DNA of 64,000 nucleotides from a virus: IMG/VR virus record IMGVR_UViG_3300045988_129191, positions 1 to 64,000 of that record; one strand, 5' to 3'. Shown piece by piece: positions 57,835 to 64,000 of this stretch (position 1 is its first letter; each line of letters starts with the position of its first letter). The notes under the pieces were generated by a model. It saw only the letters and a program-made list of their open reading frames with translations, ran no database searches and was not told where the DNA came from. The position numbers and the translations under genes were made by a program.

Positions 57835-57866
57835 AGGGGATAAGACAAAATGTCTTATCCCCTATA
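57835..57866 (-). terminator. Hairpin AAGGGGATAAGACA-aa-ATGTCTTATCCCCT
   Basis: Perfect 14-bp arms, same AGGGGATA/TATCCCCT core as two other terminators; weak T-tract. Confidence 0.55.
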
Positions 57867-57869
57867 TCT

Positions 57870-58493
57870 TTAATAAGCGTCTTGCCAGAATATATCCATT
57901 TGCTTATTAATTTGATCAATTCGTGCGATTAATTGCTCAGTTACAGTATATTCTTTAGTATCAAGAATTCTCTGTACTCTGTCATTATCGCCTTCTTCAT
58001 CTAAGTTAATATCTACTACTAAACTTTGTTTAATCTCAGTTGTAGTTTCGATTGTGCTTAGATTATAAGTTAATTCAGATTTACTACTATCTATACTGTA
58101 AAATCGAATTGAGTATTTTACTTTACCTGCGGCCGCAGCTACTCGTCCACTAATACACCATGGAATTAGCAACTTATCTTCATCAATAAAAGTATCTGTA
58201 TCATAAAAAGGAACTACATAAAGTCCAGATTTTCCTTCCGCATTTTCATATTGAATTAAACAAGTCGTATTAATTAAATCCATATGATCATAATATCTAT
58301 TTAATTTAAAATAGATAATTTCAGAACGATGGTCAGCCTCTACACCAAGAGAGGCTGGCCCTTTAATTGTTCTTGTAGACAAATCAACATCATAGATTGT
58401 TTCTGTAGATGGAATTAAAACAGCTAAGCTCGGCTTATTTTGATCTTGAATACGATAGAGTAAATCATAATATTCCTGCATATTAGTAACCAT
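57870..58493 (-). CDS. Virion protein (207 aa) sharing a paralogous domain with the upstream 707-aa protein
   Basis: Alignable segments H(I/R)SEI(V/I)YF...RFY...LTY(S/N)LST. Confidence 0.55.
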   Translation of the reverse strand: MVTNMQEYYDLLYRIQDQNKPSLAVLIPSTETIYDVDLSTRTIKGPASLGVEADHRSEIIYFKLNRYYDHMDLINTTCLIQYENAEGKSGLYVVPFYDTDTFIDEDKLLIPWCISGRVAAAAGKVKYSIRFYSIDSSKSELTYNLSTIETTTEIKQSLVVDINLDEEGDNDRVQRILDTKEYTVTEQLIARIDQINKQMDIFWQDAY

Positions 58494-58517
58494 GCTTAAC
58501 CCTCCTTAACCGTTTTA

Positions 58518-60641
58518 TTAATCTTTAATAGAAACTACTAAGAAGAACTTAGAACATCTATCTGCGGTTGTTCCGTTATATGTATTTCTAACCATACAAT
58601 AATAATATCCGTCTTCATTATTTTGTGGTTTAAAGATTGGCTGAGTTTCTCCTTCAATAGGAACATCATTATTAAAGCTATAATTTCCAAGTGCCGCATC
58701 TTGAACGTCTTCATCAATGCTACTATTATTGCCTCTATAGTATTTATACCATTGATATGTAATAGTATCAGCATCTGTTCTCATAAGACCTTCACCGCGT
58801 TCTTTAGCCAATGAATAATCAACTTTCAATCCATAAGTATGAGCGATTGAATAGTCAACTTTTAATTCAGTCTTTTTAGGAGTATCTACTACTGGGTCCC
58901 CATGTCCATCAAAACTTGAAATTTCAATAGTAACAGGACTTGCAGTATGAGTTACACGACAATTTCTTGTCTCTTCAGTTGAAGTTTCATTGTTAATACT
59001 ATTAGTAGCAACTACTGCATAATATCCATCTCCAACTGCTCCAGTTTTATCAGTTGCATCATTAGAACCTACAATTGTATAAATTGGATTAACCGCATCT
59101 GCAATTTTCTCCCAAGGAGCATTAATCTCAACACTTGTAACAAGGTTTGGTTTATCCTTATTGTCATAGCGTTTAGTCTGAACTTTCTTTAATTTACCTT
59201 CATCATCAAAAGCATCTTTTATATTTTCTGGTTTAATCTTATACCATTGATATGTAATAACACCACTATCGCTCTTACCAGTTTGAGTTGTTAAAACACC
59301 TTTGAATTCTTCAGCTTCTTTAAGAACTAAAGATTCATCAATATCTTTAACGATAGTAACTTCACTTGGATGGAAGATTTGACAAATAACACTTAATGTG
59401 CTTTCACGACTCTTTCCTACACGGTTTGTTGCAACAGCTACATAACGTCCAGTAGAAGTAATCTTAACCTGAGATTTTCTCTCAAGAACGCCTGTTGGAG
59501 CAGCCCAATCTACAGCTCTTAATTCTTCTTCTGTCATTAATTCATAAGCTGGAACTCCATCTTCTGTAGCAGTAGATTTATAATAATATTTAGTATCACT
59601 CTGAGCGGCATCAGTAGTTTGAACATAAATATTTTGAGCAGTTAATAGACCAATGTATTCATTTGTATCAATATCATACATTCTCCATACATAGGATAAA
59701 GTACCACCATCAGGAGAAACTGCTTCAACTTGTTGCATAGTATAACCAACTTCTGTAGCGAAAGATACTGTCTCTGCAAGGTTCTCGATAAATACAGGAG
59801 GCATAGCCTTTGTAGTATCTCCAGTAGCAGTAGAATCTACTAATCTTTCAAGAACTTTTTTATCATCTTCATCAAATACATTTTCACCATCAAGCATCAT
59901 TTGCGGAATGTTGAAATCCAATGTAGATTTGATAGCTACTGTTGCGGTCTTTGTTGATAAAGAATAAGTAAGCATATTAGTAACTTCATCTTGGATATAG
60001 AATCTAACTGCGAACTGTACATTACCAGCATATTTAGTGATGTCGTTGTTTAAACACCATCCAATTAAAATCTTACCAGGATTACTTGTTACATCGGCAA
60101 TATAAGGTGCGGAAATACCTTGAATAGTATTACCATTTTCATCCTTTGTGCTTAACTGCCATTCAATATAAACATTACAGTTATCTAAATCTTGGTTATC
60201 ATAAAAACGATCTACTAAGAAATAAACGATTTCTGAAATATGGTCACCCTGAACGGATACACCATTTTTAGCAAATGTTTGAGGAACAGAAATTTCTCTT
60301 GTATTAGCGTCAATTTCAAATACATCTTCATCTAATGGAAGAACTGTATAGATTTTATCAATTTCAGCTAACTCAACGATACTACCAAAATACTCAGCAA
60401 GAGATGTAATACCATTGCTTGGTTCATAGTATGTTTCTGTTGGGTCAAACGCATTAGTTGCTTGAACATAATTGCCGTCTTTTGTTTTTACAAAATACAT
60501 TCCTTCTCCGAATTGGCTTTCTTCCAAAGGAACTTCTACATATGTAAGTTTTAACTCGCCAGCATCACTTAAAGCTTTTGTAGCTTTTGAGAAAAGACGA
60601 TTATATTTTGCACTATTCTGACTATTTACATAGGTAATCAT
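58518..60641 (-). CDS. Virion/baseplate-associated protein (707 aa) with Ig-like repeats
   Basis: N-terminal domain paralogous to the 207-aa ORF; two ITYQWYK-containing repeats. Confidence 0.6.
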   Translation of the reverse strand: MITYVNSQNSAKYNRLFSKATKALSDAGELKLTYVEVPLEESQFGEGMYFVKTKDGNYVQATNAFDPTETYYEPSNGITSLAEYFGSIVELAEIDKIYTVLPLDEDVFEIDANTREISVPQTFAKNGVSVQGDHISEIVYFLVDRFYDNQDLDNCNVYIEWQLSTKDENGNTIQGISAPYIADVTSNPGKILIGWCLNNDITKYAGNVQFAVRFYIQDEVTNMLTYSLSTKTATVAIKSTLDFNIPQMMLDGENVFDEDDKKVLERLVDSTATGDTTKAMPPVFIENLAETVSFATEVGYTMQQVEAVSPDGGTLSYVWRMYDIDTNEYIGLLTAQNIYVQTTDAAQSDTKYYYKSTATEDGVPAYELMTEEELRAVDWAAPTGVLERKSQVKITSTGRYVAVATNRVGKSRESTLSVICQIFHPSEVTIVKDIDESLVLKEAEEFKGVLTTQTGKSDSGVITYQWYKIKPENIKDAFDDEGKLKKVQTKRYDNKDKPNLVTSVEINAPWEKIADAVNPIYTIVGSNDATDKTGAVGDGYYAVVATNSINNETSTEETRNCRVTHTASPVTIEISSFDGHGDPVVDTPKKTELKVDYSIAHTYGLKVDYSLAKERGEGLMRTDADTITYQWYKYYRGNNSSIDEDVQDAALGNYSFNNDVPIEGETQPIFKPQNNEDGYYYCMVRNTYNGTTADRCSKFFLVVSIKD

Positions 60642-60676
60642 CTATTTTATCCCAATCCTTTCTTAGAATTTTAAAA

Positions 60677-60708
60677 AAGAGGAAAGAAAAAACTACTTCT
60701 TTCCTCTT
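60677..60708. terminator. Hairpin AAGAGGAAAGAA-aaaactac-TTCTTTCCTCTT
   Basis: 12-bp stem, T-rich flank on plus side. Confidence 0.5.
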
Positions 60709-60753
60709 TACTTTTTCTTTCAAAAGATATGAAAGAAAGAGATTCATTTATAA

Positions 60754-60960
60754 TTATTTTTGGCCAACTTCTCGCCATTCATCCAGTTCATCCTCTGGGA
60801 TAGTAACGCTTTGGACAAAAGTCTTACCATCTTTGGTAAGACTTTTTCTTGCGTCCGCCACTAATCTATATTTACGAATATAGTAAATATCTTCAAGATG
60901 AACTGTACTTGTAATTGTTCCATTAGTACCTAAATAGGTATACAAAACAGTTTTAGTCAT
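60754..60960 (-). CDS. Hypothetical small protein (68 aa)
   Basis: ORF between two large structural genes. Confidence 0.4.
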   Translation of the reverse strand: MTKTVLYTYLGTNGTITSTVHLEDIYYIRKYRLVADARKSLTKDGKTFVQSVTIPEDELDEWREVGQK

Positions 60961-60975
60961 CTTTTAGAATCCTCC

Positions 60976-63900
60976 TTATTTGAATTCAATCATTGTCTCA
61001 GGGTTCTCATACATCTTAGATAGAGATTTTTTAATTAATGGTTTCATTTGCTCTGAAGCACCATAAATAAATGCTTTAGCCTCTGGATCAGTAATTATGG
61101 CTTCACCATTCTGTGCAAAAGAATTCTCTTGAATAGAAGTTAATTTAGTATTTTCAGTTTCAGTACCGATATATAAGAACTTCAATGTACCTGTACACAT
61201 AATATACATGAAAGCTGAATCTCCAATCGTTTTAACGCTTGGAGGAATAATAATTGTAAAGTCTCCAGAAGGAGCATCAGCAAGAGCCTGGTTATATGCA
61301 AAATTACCAATCTTTTCCAACTTGTTTGGTAAACCAGTCCAAATAAGGTTTGAACACATTCTAAATGCCATAGTTCCAATTTCAATTAAGTTATTTGGAA
61401 GATAACAATATTTCATTTGAGAACAGTTCTGGAATGCATTTTCTTTAATATATTTCAAAGGAGCGTCTTCATAGAAGAATACATGAGTTATTCCTGTCTG
61501 ATTAGAAAACTCTTGAATTACACTAATATCTGCTTTACCGTGAACTTTATCATCATACTGTTTTGGAATAGTAATTTTACCTGTTAAAGAAACACCAGGT
61601 TTAACACGTATAGAATAAGTTTGGTCTGTTTGCCAATTAAATTCAAAATACTTATCATCAGTAGGATTGTCATAAACATTTTCAACAACGAATGCCGCAT
61701 AAAACTTTAAGTTTTGAGTAGCTTTAATTGTTGTTAAATCTACAACAGGAGCTAAAGTTGCGGAACCGTATATATTATTTTCACCAGAAATTCTTCTTGT
61801 ATATCCTAAGAATCTATACTTGCTTGTAACAGGAAGACTATCTTCTTTTGGATTTTGAACAAGATAATTTGGATCATGTAATGCGCTTCCATGAACAACA
61901 GAATATCCAATCTTATTTCCATAAGTATTTTCAATCTCTTTCTCTGAGCCATCATCGTTTACAAGATAGAATTTTACCTCCCAATGATGGTCTTCGAATA
62001 CAGCATAGAATGTATAATCAGTTTTATCAGCTAATAGTTCCTGAGTTCCCCAATTATGAATTGCGCTATTACCTAATAAAGTAACCCAGTTTGTATCATA
62101 AGATTCAATTAATCCGCTTCTATCAGGAGTTGTAGACCATCCAATAAAGTCTTGAGAAGGCTTTAATGCATTAATTCTTGTCTCACTGAAAGCAGATTCA
62201 GTTCTATCTTTTGGATTTGTAAAGAAAACTTTTGGATTTTTTTCAAATTCATGTAAACCAATTTTATCTGTACCAATTAAGGTCTCTGTTGTTGTAGCAG
62301 CTCCAGTTAAGGAATCAATTGTTTTATCTTGAATTACGAAACGTGCCGCAAAACCTTTAGTAACTTTCTTAAAGAAGAATGTTAAATTAGGATAATTCTT
62401 AACTAATAAGTCTTGAATTGCGCTTTCTTCAACTGCGGTTTCATTATTAATGTAAATATAACCAGAGATTGTAGGAACTTTTGTTCCACTGGAAATACCA
62501 ACGAAACTTGCATTACTGATTAAATTCTCAAGTAATTTAGTATCTGTAATATCAACTGTTTTCATAGTGCTGTCATATTCATACATTTGACTATTGTTAA
62601 TATATTGAACCCAATCTCCAGGATACTCTTTATAATTTTCTGCTGTAAAAGGAACTAATCCAAAGTGACCATCATCTCTAAAGTATTGAGAACTTGCACT
62701 GAATGTAGCTTCTGGGTCATCTATTAATACGTATGGACTCCATTGAACGTCAGCCATATTAATTTTTCTCTGCGCACCTAAAGAAGCGGTTGCCGCATAG
62801 AATTTATTTAATAACTTATAACTGTTATATCCTAAGTTTCCACCTATGATATTTAAAGTTGTTAAGTTAGATGTTCCTTTTCCAACTTCTTTATCAGTTA
62901 ATCCTTCAATATAAAGTCCTTTTTGAGCAACTAAATCACCGCTTGGATTATTTTTATCCTTTTCTTCTGGAACTTTATAAGTTTCAATCAGATCAGTTAA
63001 TAATCTTGCTTCAGTTAATTTTAAAGCTGCGGTTGAAGCGCTTAAATGCAATGTATCAAGTGCAACACCATCAGCAAAAGTAACCTGAGTAATGTTTGAA
63101 CCAGTATCTCTAAAGTTCTGTAATTTTTCACTTGCAGATAAATCAAATGTTACGTTATTATCTTTAAAGGTAATGTAACTTAAATTGATTTCTTTAACAA
63201 GTGGCAATCCACTTGAACCAGTAATAGTCCATTTGTTTACGTTTGCATTTTTATAGTGATTATTTTCTTCATCTACTCCATCATATCCAAGTTTTAAATC
63301 TGTAATCTTAGTTGCATTACCAGATAACTCGAACTCTTGGAAGTAAAGTTTACTTAAATCACCAAGTGATTTCATTTGATCCAAACCATAAATATAGTAC
63401 AACTGCTCTTTATAGTTACCAGATTTACGAATACCATTTTCAAGGTCTGGAGTAGTAAATTTAACTGGGGTTCCAGTATATTTCATGGAATCAAAGTTTG
63501 CGGTATCTGTTCCAACAGTAACATACATTTTACGAACAGGTGTCATTGATAACCAATATTCACCATCGAACATATGTTTCTTTTTACCTGTGACTGGATC
63601 ATAATATGGCTCATTAGTAATAATACCTTCTGCACCATTTGTCGCAGTACCTTCAATCCATTTATCTGATGTACTTGCAGGACTGTTTGCGGAAATACGA
63701 GAACGAATTCTGTTTTGTCCACCACGTTTATAGTTACCAACTGATAACCAAGAATCAATGTAATTGAAACGGTTAGTTAAAAACTGTTCACGTGACATAC
63801 TTCTGTCTCCTTGTAAAGCGTAGAAATATGTATCACTTGTATCCTTTAATAACTCTGGTGTTGTACCAGAACCAAGATAACCTACTTTTGGATTAGTAAT

Positions 63901-64000
63901 TGAAATATACTTATAATGTTCATCAAGGTTCATTGCTAAGAGTGGTCTTAAACCTTCCATTGAATGGCTCTTAGTAAATTCTGGATTACATTTATAAATA
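60976..64000 (-). CDS. Large virion protein with C-terminal BspA-type leucine-rich repeats; 5' end lies beyond the window
   Basis: Frame stays open upstream of the annotated Met to the window edge; LRR units IPxSV(K/T)xIGxxAFxxC at ~61100-61480. Confidence 0.65.
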   Translation of the reverse strand, partial: IYKCNPEFTKSHSMEGLRPLLAMNLDEHYKYISITNPKVGYLGSGTTPELLKDTSDTYFYALQGDRSMSREQFLTNRFNYIDSWLSVGNYKRGGQNRIRSRISANSPASTSDKWIEGTATNGAEGIITNEPYYDPVTGKKKHMFDGEYWLSMTPVRKMYVTVGTDTANFDSMKYTGTPVKFTTPDLENGIRKSGNYKEQLYYIYGLDQMKSLGDLSKLYFQEFELSGNATKITDLKLGYDGVDEENNHYKNANVNKWTITGSSGLPLVKEINLSYITFKDNNVTFDLSASEKLQNFRDTGSNITQVTFADGVALDTLHLSASTAALKLTEARLLTDLIETYKVPEEKDKNNPSGDLVAQKGLYIEGLTDKEVGKGTSNLTTLNIIGGNLGYNSYKLLNKFYAATASLGAQRKINMADVQWSPYVLIDDPEATFSASSQYFRDDGHFGLVPFTAENYKEYPGDWVQYINNSQMYEYDSTMKTVDITDTKLLENLISNASFVGISSGTKVPTISGYIYINNETAVEESAIQDLLVKNYPNLTFFFKKVTKGFAARFVIQDKTIDSLTGAATTTETLIGTDKIGLHEFEKNPKVFFTNPKDRTESAFSETRINALKPSQDFIGWSTTPDRSGLIESYDTNWVTLLGNSAIHNWGTQELLADKTDYTFYAVFEDHHWEVKFYLVNDDGSEKEIENTYGNKIGYSVVHGSALHDPNYLVQNPKEDSLPVTSKYRFLGYTRRISGENNIYGSATLAPVVDLTTIKATQNLKFYAAFVVENVYDNPTDDKYFEFNWQTDQTYSIRVKPGVSLTGKITIPKQYDDKVHGKADISVIQEFSNQTGITHVFFYEDAPLKYIKENAFQNCSQMKYCYLPNNLIEIGTMAFRMCSNLIWTGLPNKLEKIGNFAYNQALADAPSGDFTIIIPPSVKTIGDSAFMYIMCTGTLKFLYIGTETENTKLTSIQENSFAQNGEAIITDPEAKAFIYGASEQMKPLIKKSLSKMYENPETMIEFK

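Noticed and set aside
1-64000. Lysogeny or mobile-element functions (integrase, repressor/Cro, transposase) and a CRISPR array
   Set aside because: No tyrosine or serine recombinase motifs, no DDE transposase, and no direct-repeat/spacer array were seen on either strand. The window therefore gives no evidence of temperate lifestyle, but absence within this window is not conclusive.

Overview
This window reads as an AT-rich (roughly one-third GC by eye) dsDNA bacteriophage segment. It is gene-dense, with Firmicutes-style ribosome-binding sites (AAGGAGG-like) and many ATGA or overlapping stop/start junctions. From nt 1 to 47955 the genes lie on the plus strand and form an early/middle block. 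It encodes a split polynucleotide kinase plus metallophosphoesterase pair, an SPFH/flotillin-like protein, a PIN-PhoH fusion, a multidomain cell-wall hydrolase with a holin-like partner, and an almost complete replication and nucleotide-metabolism set. That set comprises GyrB-like and GyrA-like topoisomerase II subunits, RNase H, NAD-dependent DNA ligase, a Sak4-like ATPase with a putative SSB, a DnaB-type helicase, a DnaG-type primase, a RecJ-like DHH exonuclease, a Dda/RecD-like helicase, a DnaE-type Pol III alpha with PHP domain, a guanylate-kinase-like dNMP kinase, anaerobic ribonucleotide reductase NrdD/NrdG, dUTPase and a RuvC-like resolvase. The most unusual locus is nt 40371-47300. It holds a 413-aa protein with a low-complexity Asn/Ser/Gly/aromatic-rich region and a Cys-rich C-terminus, followed by two tandem radical-SAM/SPASM enzymes, an acidic ORF and two paralogous Cys-rich ORFs. 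I interpret this as a candidate phage-encoded protein or peptide cross-linking (RiPP-like) maturation system. From nt 47979 to 64000 the genes lie on the minus strand and form a convergent late block: small N/Q/G-rich proteins, a holin-like protein, a 2048-aa tail fibre with an internal tandem repeat, two proteins sharing a paralogous domain, and a >994-aa virion protein with a BspA-type leucine-rich-repeat domain that runs off the window edge. At least twelve promoters fit TTGAYT-N17-TGnTATAAT, including one for the tail-fibre gene. There are several intrinsic terminators, including a family with AGGGGATA/TATCCCCT arms. I recognised no tRNA, rRNA, CRISPR array, integrase or transposase.
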